Below are positions 1 through 9,089 of a stretch of 64,000 bases of DNA, piece by piece. The notes under the pieces were generated by a model. It saw only the letters and a list, made by a program, of their open reading frames with translations, did no database searches and was not told the origin of the DNA. The translations under genes were made by a program, and so were the position numbers. Numbering within the stretch: position 1 is the stretch's first letter; every line of letters starts with the position of its first letter. The stretch spans positions 19,629 to 83,628 of the forward strand of contig CAOJFR010000001.1 of NCBI GenBank assembly GCA_948434855.1, in the 5' to 3' direction. This stretch comes from an uncultured Clostridia bacterium (GTDB lineage Bacteria; Bacillota; Clostridia; Christensenellales; UBA1242).

Positions 1-1
1 T

Positions 2-1420
2 GCAAAAGAGCTCCACATTGGACACCTTCGTTCTCCTGTTATTGGTGAAAGCCTTGCAAGGCTATATAAAATTTTAGGAAATGAAGTAATAACAGACACA
101 CATCTTGGCGATTGGGGGCTTCAAATGGGGCTAACAATAGCTCAGCTTGAAGATGACGGCTATGTTGATGGCTATTTTGATAAAACCAAGCAAAATAAAG
201 AAATAACGCTAGACACCTTAAATGAAGAATATCCAAAGGCATCAAAGCGCAAAAATTCTGATGAAGAGTTTAAGAAAAAGGCAGAGCGTTACACAAAGTT
301 TGTTCAAGATAAAAAAGAGCCATATTGGACAATTTATGAAACAATAAGAAACATCTCAGTTGAAAGAATAAAGGCAAACTATGAAAAGCTAAATTGTTTC
401 TTTGACCTTTGGTATGGCGAAAGCACATCAGCTGACTTAGTTGAAGAAGTTGTGCAAAAATTTATAGACATGGGCTTAACAAGAACTCATGAGGGTGCAC
501 TGGTTGTAGATGTTGCAAGAGAGGGTGAAAACGTTCCAATAGAAAAGAAAAATCCAGAAGACCCACAAATGTATAAAAACCCAATGCCTCCAGTATATCT
601 CAAAAAGAGCAATGGAGCTGATGTTTATGACACCACAGACATTGCAACCATATATCAAAGGAATAAAGATTTTGCTCCAGACAAAATCATGTATGTTGTA
701 GATAAAAGACAGGCAGTCCACTTTGAACATTGCTTTAGGGCGGTCAAAATGGCAGGAATTTCACCAGAGAATCAGCAGCTTCAGTTTGTAGGTTATGGCA
801 CAATAAATGGAACCGACGGAAAGCCATTCAAAACAAGGTCTGGCGACACAATAAAGCTAGAAGATATCATAAACTTAATAAGCAGTGGGGCAGAAAAAAA
901 GTTAGCAAATAACGGAATTTCAGAAAAAAGTGAGCTTGCACTCAAAATAGGAGTTGCCGCAATGAAATTTGGCGACCTTTCAAATGACCCATTAAAAGAC
1001 TATGTGTTTGACATAGACAAGTTCGCCTCATTTGAGGGCAAAACAGGGCCATACATACAATATACTGGTGCAAGAATTAGTTCGCTGTTAACAAAAGCCG
1101 GCGTAATTGATAAAACAGATTATCTTGAAAACTTAAAGCTCATAAGCATTTCAGACCAAAATCAAAGAAATATAGCCATAAGTTTTTTAAAGCTTCAAGA
1201 AAGTTATTTCACTTGCTACAAAAACACAACGCTCAGTCCACTGGCTTTGGGCTTATATGATTTTGCAGCAAGTTATTCAAAATTTTATAATGACACAAGA
1301 ATTTTAACCGAGCAGAATGAAAATAAGAAAAATAGCTTTTTAGCATTAAGCTATTTGGTTTTAAAGGCAATAAAGCAGGCAAGCAATGTGCTAGCGTTTG
1401 AAATTCCTGAAAAGATGTAG
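2..1420 (+). CDS. argS: arginine--tRNA ligase, 5' end outside window
   Basis: The frame is open from nt 2. It has the class-I HIGH signature (AKELHIGHLRSPVIG; HIGH = nt 14-25), an FKTRSGDTIKL motif resembling ArgS MSTRxG, and a helical C-terminal anticodon-binding region. Confidence 0.85.
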   Translation, partial: AKELHIGHLRSPVIGESLARLYKILGNEVITDTHLGDWGLQMGLTIAQLEDDGYVDGYFDKTKQNKEITLDTLNEEYPKASKRKNSDEEFKKKAERYTKFVQDKKEPYWTIYETIRNISVERIKANYEKLNCFFDLWYGESTSADLVEEVVQKFIDMGLTRTHEGALVVDVAREGENVPIEKKNPEDPQMYKNPMPPVYLKKSNGADVYDTTDIATIYQRNKDFAPDKIMYVVDKRQAVHFEHCFRAVKMAGISPENQQLQFVGYGTINGTDGKPFKTRSGDTIKLEDIINLISSGAEKKLANNGISEKSELALKIGVAAMKFGDLSNDPLKDYVFDIDKFASFEGKTGPYIQYTGARISSLLTKAGVIDKTDYLENLKLISISDQNQRNIAISFLKLQESYFTCYKNTTLSPLALGLYDFAASYSKFYNDTRILTEQNENKKNSFLALSYLVLKAIKQASNVLAFEIPEKM

Positions 1421-1422
1421 TT

Positions 1423-2019
1423 ATGGAAAAGAAAAAGTTATTATTGCACTCGTGTTGTGCACCTTGTTCAACATCGGTCATAGACCAGCTTAAAGAAAAT
1501 TATGATATTACAATTTTTTATTATAATCCAAACATTTATCCAGAAGAAGAATACTTAAAGCGTAAGGCAGAAGAGATAAAATACATTGAAATTTTGCATA
1601 AAACTCAGCCAAACGTTTCAATCTCGTTGCTAGATTCAGATTATGATAAAGATAGTTTTTACTCTGCGGTCAAGGGGCTAGAAAAAGAGCGAGAAGGCGG
1701 TGCAAGGTGTCCAGTATGTTTTAGGCTAAGGCTAGAAAAAACGGCGAACAAAGCCAAAGAAATGGGCTTTGATGTGTTTGGAACAACGCTAACAGTAAGT
1801 CCTCACAAAAATTCTGAAATAATTACCAAAATAGGGCTAAGTTTAGAGGAAGAATATGGCATAAAATATCTCGCTGAAAACTTCAAAAAGAAGGATGGCT
1901 ACAAAAAAAGCATAGAGCTTTCCAAACAAAATAATTTATATCGTCAAAATTATTGTGGTTGTGAGTTTGCATTAAAAATTCAGCAAAAAGAGGAACCAAA
2001 CAGTCTAAAACAGGCATAA
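1423..2019 (+). CDS. queH: epoxyqueuosine reductase QueH (DUF208 type)
   Basis: The Cys motifs LLLHSCCAPCS, RCPVCFRLR and YCGCEF are characteristic of QueH. The 198-aa gene is tightly packed after argS. Confidence 0.8.
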   Translation: MEKKKLLLHSCCAPCSTSVIDQLKENYDITIFYYNPNIYPEEEYLKRKAEEIKYIEILHKTQPNVSISLLDSDYDKDSFYSAVKGLEKEREGGARCPVCFRLRLEKTANKAKEMGFDVFGTTLTVSPHKNSEIITKIGLSLEEEYGIKYLAENFKKKDGYKKSIELSKQNNLYRQNYCGCEFALKIQQKEEPNSLKQA

Positions 2020-2047
2020 AAAAAGACCATCATCTGATGGTCTTTTA
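2018..2047. terminator. bidirectional intrinsic terminator between convergent queH and cmk
   Basis: Hairpin agaccatca-tc-tgatggtct is flanked by an A-run upstream and a T-run downstream. Confidence 0.8.
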
Positions 2048-2049
2048 AT

Positions 2050-2769
2050 TTAGTCATTAATTGAAGATAATATAATGCCTCTTGCGTTCAAAAACTCGTT
2101 GTCAATAAGTTTTCTTTCAAGAAGTGTTTTCAAAATAATATCCAAACATTCTTGAATTGTGCTAAGGCTTGTGTCAATAAGCAAAGAATTTTCACACATA
2201 ATAAGTGGAGAAATTTCTCTGTGCATATCCTTATAGTCTCTGTCTTTAAGTTCTGCAATAACTGTATCAAGCGAAACATTTTCACCAAGTTTTTCAAAGT
2301 CTTTCATTCTGCGTTTTGCTCTAGTTTCAATCTCGCAGTCAACAAAAACCTTAAGGTCTGCGTCAGGGAAGATAACAGAGCCAATATCTCTGCCTTCCAT
2401 AACAATATTCTCGTTATAAACAGCGGTATCTCTTTGAAGTTTGCGAACAAACTCACGAATAAAAGGTTTAACAGCAATTTTGGTTACAAAGGCATCAACT
2501 TCTTCAAGGTGAAGTTTGTCAGTAACATTAATGCCGTCAACAATCATAGAGTTTTGTTTGCCGTCAAAAGTATAAACAATTTTAGTTGATTCAATAAGGT
2601 GATGAAGCTTAACATCGTCATTTTCGCCAATTCCCAAGTTAAGCACTTTAACGGTAAGCGCTCTATAAAGGTCGCCAGCACTAAAAAAGCCAAAATTTAA
2701 GGTTTTAGCAAGTTCTTTAGCAAGTGTAGATTTTCCTGAACCGCAGGTTCCATCAATAGCAATAATCAT
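2050..2769 (-). CDS. cmk: cytidylate kinase
   Basis: N-terminal P-loop IIAIDGTCGSGKSTLAK with a Cmk-like length and layout. Confidence 0.75.
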   Translation of the reverse strand: MIIAIDGTCGSGKSTLAKELAKTLNFGFFSAGDLYRALTVKVLNLGIGENDDVKLHHLIESTKIVYTFDGKQNSMIVDGINVTDKLHLEEVDAFVTKIAVKPFIREFVRKLQRDTAVYNENIVMEGRDIGSVIFPDADLKVFVDCEIETRAKRRMKDFEKLGENVSLDTVIAELKDRDYKDMHREISPLIMCENSLLIDTSLSTIQECLDIILKTLLERKLIDNEFLNARGIILSSIND

Positions 2770-2882
2770 AATTCACTCCTTGATATTATCATACTAAATA
2801 ATACATAAGTTTGTCAAAAATTCAAAGCAAAATAAGCAAACTATTTTGATATTTTTTGGTTTTGATATATTATTTTCTTATA

Positions 2883-3485
2883 ATGAAACAAAATAAAATT
2901 TATAAAGGGAATAAAATTTTGTATATTTTTAAGATAATTTTAAGAATTATCTTATTTCCACTTGTTTTAATATATTTGCTTAAGCAAACACGTCAGAGGA
3001 TAAAACTCAAAAAAGAGCAAAAAAAGCAGATAAGTTTTTATGAAAAAACCCAGTTAAATAGTCTTAGCGGAACAGATTTTGAGCTAAGCCTAAAAAATCT
3101 TTTTGAAAATATGGGGTATGTTGTTAGGCTAACAAAAGCGTCAAAAGACTTTGGTGCAGACTTAATAATAAGCAAAAATAACATCAGTTCAATAGTGCAG
3201 GCAAAAAGATATAATCACACGGTCGGAATCAGGGCAGTTCAAGAAATAATAGCCGCAAGAGAATACTATAAAATAAGAAATTGTTTTGTGGTCACAAACA
3301 GCGAATTTTCCACAGAGGCAAAACAGCTTGCAGAAAAAAGTGAGGTTCAATTAATAGGCGGAGAGCTCTTGCAAAAGCTTATAACAAAATATGACGTCAA
3401 ACTGCAAAAAACGCAGAAAAACACGGGTGTTATGTCAGACGAAGCACGTGCAAAAATCATGCAAAAATATAGGTGGTTTATATAA
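2883..3485 (+). CDS. membrane-anchored Mrr_cat-type restriction-endonuclease-fold protein
   Basis: An N-terminal hydrophobic helix (ILRIILFPLVLIYLL) is followed by FGADLII...IVQAKRY...VVTNSEFS, which fits the D-(E/Q)xK nuclease core. The start was moved to the ATG at 2883. Confidence 0.65.
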   Translation: MKQNKIYKGNKILYIFKIILRIILFPLVLIYLLKQTRQRIKLKKEQKKQISFYEKTQLNSLSGTDFELSLKNLFENMGYVVRLTKASKDFGADLIISKNNISSIVQAKRYNHTVGIRAVQEIIAAREYYKIRNCFVVTNSEFSTEAKQLAEKSEVQLIGGELLQKLITKYDVKLQKTQKNTGVMSDEARAKIMQKYRWFI

Positions 3486-3569
3486 AAAAATAAAATTTTT
3501 GGCGAATGAAGAATTTTCTGATTAATTTCTAAATATTTGGCATAAACTACTCTTGAGGTAAGACTTTAA

Positions 3570-4307
3570 ATGTTTGAACTAATGGTAAGTATCACTCAGG
3601 ATAAACAGAATTTTATTCATGACCTATACTCAAAACTTCATGCAGAAGTAAAGAGAGATAAGGGCATAATAGCGGAGCATTCGTTTAATGGCAGGTCAAC
3701 AGTTTCCGTAGCTGTTCCAGAGAAAAAGAAGGAATACTATAAGTCAAAAATTCTTGACGAAATAATCTTTATAATAATTGATGAATATAAATTCAATTTT
3801 TATAGAGACAACCTGCAAATATTAGGGCAAAATGTGGTTTGTCAGTCTTTTTTAAAAGCAATATCAATATTTGATGCAGACATAGACAAAGACGTCATTA
3901 AGCAAAAAATAGAGCTAAAGGGAGAGGTTTTGGTTGACAGTTTTTACTATTTCAGGCTAGGAAGTTTAAAGGCAAGGTGGCAAAAGACGGCAAACATAAT
4001 AAATCAAAATCAGGTGCTTAGCAGCCTAAGCTCAATGCTTGGCGTGCTCAAATATTTAACAATGACATCAGAAAACCTTTCAGTAACAACCGAAGTCTCA
4101 GTCAGCAAAAAGCAGATAAAGTTAAAAGGCTATGCAAGCAGCAAGTGCTTCAAAAGAGATTTTGAGGGTCATTCAAATTTTTTAACAGAAATTGTAAGGC
4201 TCAATCCAGTAAAAATTAATCTAAAGGTCAGTGAAGACGAAGGCGAAGACAGCATTGCAGACCTTCTTTCACAAATATTTGCTGATAAAGTTTATTTTGT
4301 GCGTTAA
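3570..4307 (+). CDS. YtxC-like sporulation protein (tentative)
   Basis: The 245-aa ORF lies immediately upstream of the thrS T-box, which is the position ytxC occupies in Bacillus. No catalytic motifs were recognised. Confidence 0.45.
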   Translation: MFELMVSITQDKQNFIHDLYSKLHAEVKRDKGIIAEHSFNGRSTVSVAVPEKKKEYYKSKILDEIIFIIIDEYKFNFYRDNLQILGQNVVCQSFLKAISIFDADIDKDVIKQKIELKGEVLVDSFYYFRLGSLKARWQKTANIINQNQVLSSLSSMLGVLKYLTMTSENLSVTTEVSVSKKQIKLKGYASSKCFKRDFEGHSNFLTEIVRLNPVKINLKVSEDEGEDSIADLLSQIFADKVYFVR

Positions 4308-4313
4308 AAAATA

Positions 4314-4341
4314 TTGACAAATAAAAATTTTGGCATATAAT
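4314..4341 (+). promoter_or_regulatory. sigma-A type promoter for the thrS leader
   Basis: TTGACA (4314-4319), a 16-nt spacer, then TATAAT (4336-4341). Confidence 0.6.
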
Positions 4342-4347
4342 AAACTT

Positions 4348-4558
4348 GTATACTTGCAGAACAAGTAGTTTGCAAAAACTGACCAAGAGAGAGGGGGTCA
4401 TGGGCTGAAAGCCTCCTTGTTAAGATTGCAAAATGAAACCACCTGCATTTTAAAAAACCAAATAAATTAATGAGGCTGGGCATAATGTCCAGTGAAGTAA
4501 GGTGGAACCACGATAAGTTATCGTCCTTACGCTAAGTTTTAGCGTGAGGGCTTTTTTT
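4348..4558 (+). promoter_or_regulatory. T-box leader with a Thr specifier, upstream of thrS
   Basis: It contains an AGAGA/GA motif (about 4386-4392), a candidate specifier gaaACCa (ACC = Thr, followed by a purine) near 4436-4442, and the T-box sequence aaGGTGGAACCACG (4499-4512). A terminator hairpin ccttacgctaa/ttagcgtgagg plus a T-run follows at 4525-4558. Confidence 0.8.
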
Positions 4559-4632
4559 ATGCAAAACATAAAGTGAAAAGTGCTAAAAAAAGTCTCATAA
4601 CGCAAAAATGCTCAGATAAAAAGGAGAATATC

Positions 4633-6543
4633 ATGAAAATTCAGTTAAGAGATGAAATAAGAGAGTTTGAAAGGGGAACAACAACTGCAGAAATTGCAGC
4701 ATCAATTTCAGAGGGGCTTTCAAGGGTTGCAGTGTGTGGAAAGGTTAATGATGAGTTAATAGACCTAAACCTTCCAATAGAAGAGGATTGCAAGCTAGAA
4801 ATAATCACAACAAAATCACCAGAATATCAAGAGGTGTTAAGGCATTCGTGTGCCCATGTTTTGGCGCAGGCGGTTAAAACTCTATATCCTAATGCAAAGT
4901 GTTGGGTTGGTCCAGCAACCAAAGATGGCTTTTATTATGACTTTGATTTCAAAACACCAATCACAAACGAAGACCTTTCAGTGATTGAAAATGAGATGAA
5001 TAAAATAATAAAGGCAAATTTTGATATTGTTCGCAAAGAGGTTTCAAAAGACGAAGCACTAATCATCATGAAAAAGGCAAAAGAAAGCTATAAGGTAGAG
5101 CTTATAGAGGCAATACCAAATGATGAAAAAATCACAACCTACACTCAGGGCGAATATACAGAAGTTTGCAGGGGTCCACACATCAAATCAACTGGCATGA
5201 TAAAGGCGTTTAAACTTACCAAAATTTCAGGAGCATATTTAAAGGGCGATAGCAAAAATAAAATGCTCACCAGAATTTATGGTGTTGTGTTTGACAAAAA
5301 GAGTGAAATGGATGAATATTTCAAAAACCTTGAAGAGGCAATGAAAAGAGACCACAGAAAGCTTGGCAGAGAGCTAGAACTGTTTTTCTTTGATGAAACC
5401 GCACCAGGCATGGCATATTGGCTTCCAAAGGGTTTCACAATGCTAAACACTCTCATTGATTTTTGGAGAGCGTTGCATAAAAAACAGGGCTATCAAGAGT
5501 TTACTGCACCACAGGTAAATTCAAGCGTGCTTTGGAGAACCTCTGGTCACTGGGATCATTACAAAGAAGATATGTTTGTGCTAACCGATGCCGATGGCAA
5601 TGAGCAAGCGCTAAAGCCAATGAGTTGTCCAAACTCAATCAAAATATATCAAACAAAGGTAAGAAGCTATAAAGACCTGCCACTCAGGTTCAATGATATT
5701 GATGTAATTCACAGAAATGAAAAATCAGGTCAGTTAAATGGCTTGTTCAGGGTAAGAATGTTCCGCCAAGATGATTCTCACAACTTTGTTCGTGCAGACC
5801 AAATTGGCAGCGAAATTAAACAGATATTAGATATAGCAAAACAAATATATAATGTATTTGGCATTCCATATGAACTAACTCTTTCAACCAGACCAAATGA
5901 CTTCATGGGTGAAATTGAAACATGGAATCAGGCAGAGTCAGAACTTAAAGATGTGCTTAACGGAATTTGCGGCGAGGGCAAATATAGAATAAACGAGGGT
6001 GACGGCGCATTCTATGGTCCAAAGATAGACATAAAAATGAAAGATTGTTTAGGAAGAGAGTGGCAAACAGGAACAATTCAGGTAGACTTCCAGCTTCCAG
6101 AAAGGTTTGATTTAACTTATGTTGATAGTGATGGCAGCAAAAAGCGACCAATTATGATTCATAGGGCAATACTTGGCTCGTTTGAAAGATTTATTGGCAT
6201 AATAACAGAGCATTTTGCAGGGGCATTCCCAGCATGGCTAAGTCCAGTTCAAGTTAAAGTTATTCCAGTTTCAGAAAAATCAAATGAATATGCAAAAGAG
6301 ATTGCAGACAAACTTGATGCACAAAACATTAGGGTTGAAACTGATAATTCAAATGAAAGAATTGGTTATAAAATCAGAACTGCTCAATTAGAAAAAGTGC
6401 CATACATGATGATTTTGGGTGAAGCCGAGGCAACAGAGGGCAAGGTATCGCTCAGAAAACGTAATGGCGAAGAAATAAAAGACCTAAGCTATAACGAAGC
6501 TCTTTCAATGATAAAGAAAGACATTGATGAAAAACAAGTTTAA
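4633..6543 (+). CDS. thrS: threonine--tRNA ligase
   Basis: RBS aaaggag precedes the ATG at 4633. The protein has a TGS-like N-terminus, an editing domain (HSCAHVLAQA), a class-II core (FRVRMFRQDDSH, GAFYGPKID) and a C-terminal anticodon-binding domain. The track start at 4573 overlaps the T-box terminator. Confidence 0.95.
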   Translation: MKIQLRDEIREFERGTTTAEIAASISEGLSRVAVCGKVNDELIDLNLPIEEDCKLEIITTKSPEYQEVLRHSCAHVLAQAVKTLYPNAKCWVGPATKDGFYYDFDFKTPITNEDLSVIENEMNKIIKANFDIVRKEVSKDEALIIMKKAKESYKVELIEAIPNDEKITTYTQGEYTEVCRGPHIKSTGMIKAFKLTKISGAYLKGDSKNKMLTRIYGVVFDKKSEMDEYFKNLEEAMKRDHRKLGRELELFFFDETAPGMAYWLPKGFTMLNTLIDFWRALHKKQGYQEFTAPQVNSSVLWRTSGHWDHYKEDMFVLTDADGNEQALKPMSCPNSIKIYQTKVRSYKDLPLRFNDIDVIHRNEKSGQLNGLFRVRMFRQDDSHNFVRADQIGSEIKQILDIAKQIYNVFGIPYELTLSTRPNDFMGEIETWNQAESELKDVLNGICGEGKYRINEGDGAFYGPKIDIKMKDCLGREWQTGTIQVDFQLPERFDLTYVDSDGSKKRPIMIHRAILGSFERFIGIITEHFAGAFPAWLSPVQVKVIPVSEKSNEYAKEIADKLDAQNIRVETDNSNERIGYKIRTAQLEKVPYMMILGEAEATEGKVSLRKRNGEEIKDLSYNEALSMIKKDIDEKQV

Positions 6544-6555
6544 AATCTTTCAACT

Positions 6556-6690
6556 TGTCATAAAAATGTTATAAACTTGTTATAAAGATGTTATAAACTT
6601 GTTATAAAGTTGTTATATTCTTGTCATAAAAATGTTATAAACTTGTTATATTTTTGTTATAAAAATGTTATATTTTTTGTTAATATGGGT
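6556..6690 (+). repeat. tandem array of 12 units with an exact 11-bp period, core TGTYATAWW
   Basis: The TG of successive units falls at 6556, 6567, 6578, 6589, 6600, 6611, 6622, 6633, 6644, 6655, 6666 and 6678. The last unit is degenerate, with 12-nt spacing. No ORF covers the array. Confidence 0.95.
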
Positions 6691-6722
6691 GATAAAAGTC
6701 CCAAAAAATATGGTTTAAACGG

Positions 6723-6751
6723 TTGACAGTAACAAATTTTTATGTTATTAT
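6723..6751 (+). promoter_or_regulatory. sigma-A type promoter for the infC-rpmI-rplT leader
   Basis: TTGACA (6723-6728), a 17-nt spacer, then TGtTATTAT as an extended -10 (6743-6751). Confidence 0.5.
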
Positions 6752-6759
6752 ACCCATGT

Positions 6760-6934
6760 TTATTGAAGAGAAAGATCACTTTCCACCAAACGAATGAAAG
6801 ATTTTGTTTGAGTTAATATAATAAAATGTTCCCAAAATATCGGCACAAAATGGGTTTAAACTGTTTTTGTGCAACATAATTTGGACTTATTATATGTGAG
6901 TGGATTTTCTTTGAAATAACCACTCATTTTTTTG
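6760..6934 (+). promoter_or_regulatory. infC operon leader ending in an attenuator terminator (L20-leader-like)
   Basis: This structured leader of about 170 nt ends in hairpin tgagtgg/ccactca (6897-6926) plus a T-run, directly before the infC RBS. The L20-leader assignment rests on position and analogy only. Confidence 0.45.
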
Positions 6935-6961
6935 AGTAAAAATAAAATTTTTAGGAGATTT

Positions 6962-7486
6962 ATGGCAGTTAAACACGAAACACAAATCAATTCAGAAATT
7001 CGTGACCCAGAAGTAAGAGTAGTTGGAAAAGATGGCGAACAACTCGGCATCATGAGCTCTAGGGCAGCAAACGAGCTTGCTGAAAAAGAGGGTTTAGACC
7101 TCGTTAAAATTTCACCAAGTGCTGTTCCACCAGTTTGCAAAATCATGGACTATGGCAAATATGTTTTTGATAAAGCAAAAAAAGAAAAAGAGCAACGCAA
7201 AAATCAAAAGATTGTAGCTTTAAAAGAAGTTCAGCTTTCAATGACAATAGAGCAACATGATATTGATATTAAGGCAAAAAGTGCAACAAAGTTTTTGCTA
7301 AATGGCGATAAAGTTAAGGTTTCTATCAGAATGAGCGGCAGACAGCAGGCTTATAGTGATAGAGGCATTGAAACAGAAAATGCTTTTGCAGAAAGTCTTT
7401 CAGAAATTGCAGTGATTGAAAAACCAGCCAAGGTTGAGGGCAGACATATCATTATGATACTTGCTCCAAAAAATGCAAAAAAATAG
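6962..7486 (+). CDS. infC: translation initiation factor IF-3
   Basis: MAVKHETQINSEIRDPEVRVVG...PPVCKIMDYGKY is typical of IF-3. AGGAG lies at 6953-6957. The track start (TTG at 6932) sits in the terminator T-run and was rejected. Confidence 0.9.
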   Translation: MAVKHETQINSEIRDPEVRVVGKDGEQLGIMSSRAANELAEKEGLDLVKISPSAVPPVCKIMDYGKYVFDKAKKEKEQRKNQKIVALKEVQLSMTIEQHDIDIKAKSATKFLLNGDKVKVSIRMSGRQQAYSDRGIETENAFAESLSEIAVIEKPAKVEGRHIIMILAPKNAKK

Positions 7487-7530
7487 AACCATAAACTTCA
7501 AAAAACAAAGGTTATAGGAGGAAAATTATT

Positions 7531-7731
7531 ATGCCAAAACAAAAAAATAGCAGTGCCGCAAAAAAGAGATTTGTAGTAACACCAAGCGGCAAAGTAAAAA
7601 GAGGTCATCAAAATAAAAGACATCTTTTGTCAACAAAAGAAACCGGCAGAAAGAGAAATCTTCGCAGAGGTGCTTATGTTGAAGGAAAGCAAGTTAAAAC
7701 CGTTAAGGTGCTTGTAGGAAATCAGGACTAA
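7531..7731 (+). CDS. rpmI: 50S ribosomal protein L35
   Basis: [14 protein letters not shown]...; 66 aa and basic, preceded by an aggagg RBS. Confidence 0.95.
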   Translation: MPKQKNSSAAKKRFVVTPSGKVKRGHQNKRHLLSTKETGRKRNLRRGAYVEGKQVKTVKVLVGNQD

Positions 7732-7749
7732 TAGGGAGGAAGGACAGTT

Positions 7750-8112
7750 ATGAGAATTAAAAGAAGTGTAAACGCTCACAAAAAAAGAGTTAAAGTTTTA
7801 AAAGCAGCAAAAGGCTACTATGGTTCAAAGAGCAAACTATACAGAGTTGCAAATGAAGCCGTTATGAAGAGTGGCAACTATGCATACATTGGCAGAAGAA
7901 ACAAAAAGAGAGACTTTAGAAGACTTTGGAATGCAAGAATTAATGCAGAAGCAAGAGTTAATGGTCTTTCATACAGCAATCTTATTCATGGCTTAAAGCT
8001 TGCAAACAACGAACTTAACAGAAAAGTTCTTGCAGACCTTGCAGTTTCTGACAAAGCAGCTTTTGCTAAGGTTTGTGAAGTTGCTAAGTCAGCACTTTCA
8101 GCAGCAAAATAG
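7750..8112 (+). CDS. rplT: 50S ribosomal protein L20
   Basis: [25 protein letters not shown]... is the canonical L20 N-terminus. Confidence 0.95.
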   Translation: MRIKRSVNAHKKRVKVLKAAKGYYGSKSKLYRVANEAVMKSGNYAYIGRRNKKRDFRRLWNARINAEARVNGLSYSNLIHGLKLANNELNRKVLADLAVSDKAAFAKVCEVAKSALSAAK

Positions 8113-8121
8113 TTAAAATCA

Positions 8122-8151
8122 AGGCTTAATACTTTGTATTAAGTCTTTTTT
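8122..8151 (+). terminator. intrinsic terminator after rplT
   Basis: Hairpin aggcttaatac/gtattaagtct followed by a T-run. Confidence 0.75.
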
Positions 8152-8232
8152 ATGATACATTATAATTAAATATATAGATTTTTGCTTTGCAGTGGTAGGG
8201 CAAAAAGAGAAAAAATCGTAAATGGAGTGCAT

Positions 8233-9006
8233 ATGAACGGAGAAATTATTTCAAGCACCGATAACCCAATGATTAAGGAAGCCAGAAGCCTTAATGATAA
8301 AAAGTTTAGGCGTTTTCATGGCAAATTTTTGATTGATGGTGAAAAACTTGTTTATGAAGCAGTTTGTGGAGCAGCTGAAATTGACAAGCTTTTTGTTGAT
8401 GCAGAAAAAATGTCAGAATTTGGATATATTCTTGAGCGTTTTGATGGCAAACTTGTTCCAGTTACCAAAAAGGTTATAAATAGCATTTCAGAAAATGTTA
8501 CACCTCAGGGCATAATTGCAGAGGTATTTATGAGAGAGACTGGAGAATTTCAGCCAGAAAAGGGTCAGCCAATTTTAATTTGTGATAGGATTCAAGACCC
8601 CGGAAATTTGGGAACCATTATTAGAACAGCATCAGCAACTGGCTTTGAAACGATTGTTTTAATAGACACAGCCGATGCATATTCTCCAAAGGTTATCAGA
8701 AGTTCAAGTGGCGGAATTTTATATACAGACATTTTCCGCATGAGCGAAAAGGAAATTATTTCATATTGCGAGAAAAATGAAGTTCCTATTTTGGTGGCAG
8801 ACATGGGCGGGGTTAATGTTTTTAATGCAGAAATTGCATCCAAAAATTTTGCGCTGGTTATTGGCAATGAAGGGCAAGGCGTTAGCGAGTCTTTTAAAGA
8901 GATTGGCAGAAGCATAGCTCTTCCAATGAAAAGTCAAATGGAGTCACTTAATGCAGGAGTTTCAGCCAGTGTTCTTATGTATATATTGCTAGGCAAGTCA
9001 ATTTAA
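8233..9006 (+). CDS. TrmH/SpoU-family RNA 2'-O-methyltransferase
   Basis: It carries the SpoU motifs DRIQDPGNLGTIIRTA, LVIGNEGQGVS and LNAGVSASVLMY. Its position after rplT mirrors Bacillus ysgA. The ATG at 8233 follows a ggag RBS. Confidence 0.8.
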   Translation: MNGEIISSTDNPMIKEARSLNDKKFRRFHGKFLIDGEKLVYEAVCGAAEIDKLFVDAEKMSEFGYILERFDGKLVPVTKKVINSISENVTPQGIIAEVFMRETGEFQPEKGQPILICDRIQDPGNLGTIIRTASATGFETIVLIDTADAYSPKVIRSSSGGILYTDIFRMSEKEIISYCEKNEVPILVADMGGVNVFNAEIASKNFALVIGNEGQGVSESFKEIGRSIALPMKSQMESLNAGVSASVLMYILLGKSI

Positions 9007-9089
9007 TTTGAAATTTGCCAAAAAAATTATTTGCCAAAAATGGTATTATTAATTATAATGAAAAAGTAAATTAAAACTCGGAGGATTTT

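Noticed and set aside
4573-4632. Upstream extension of thrS (track start at 4573)
   Set aside because: The extension starts right after the T-box terminator T-run and has no RBS. The ATG at 4633 has aaaggag upstream, and the product begins with a typical ThrRS N-terminus.
6556-6690. Possible CRISPR array (also applies to 63396-63549)
   Set aside because: The units are 11 bp and directly abutting, with no unique spacers. No cas genes or leader are present. The structure is a minisatellite or iteron type, not CRISPR.
6932-6961. Non-canonical (TTG or in-frame ATT at 6947) start for infC, as in the AUU-autoregulated infC of other bacteria
   Set aside because: Both candidates lie within or right after the leader terminator and have no RBS. 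AGGAG at 6953-6957 serves the ATG at 6962, although the 4-nt spacing is short.
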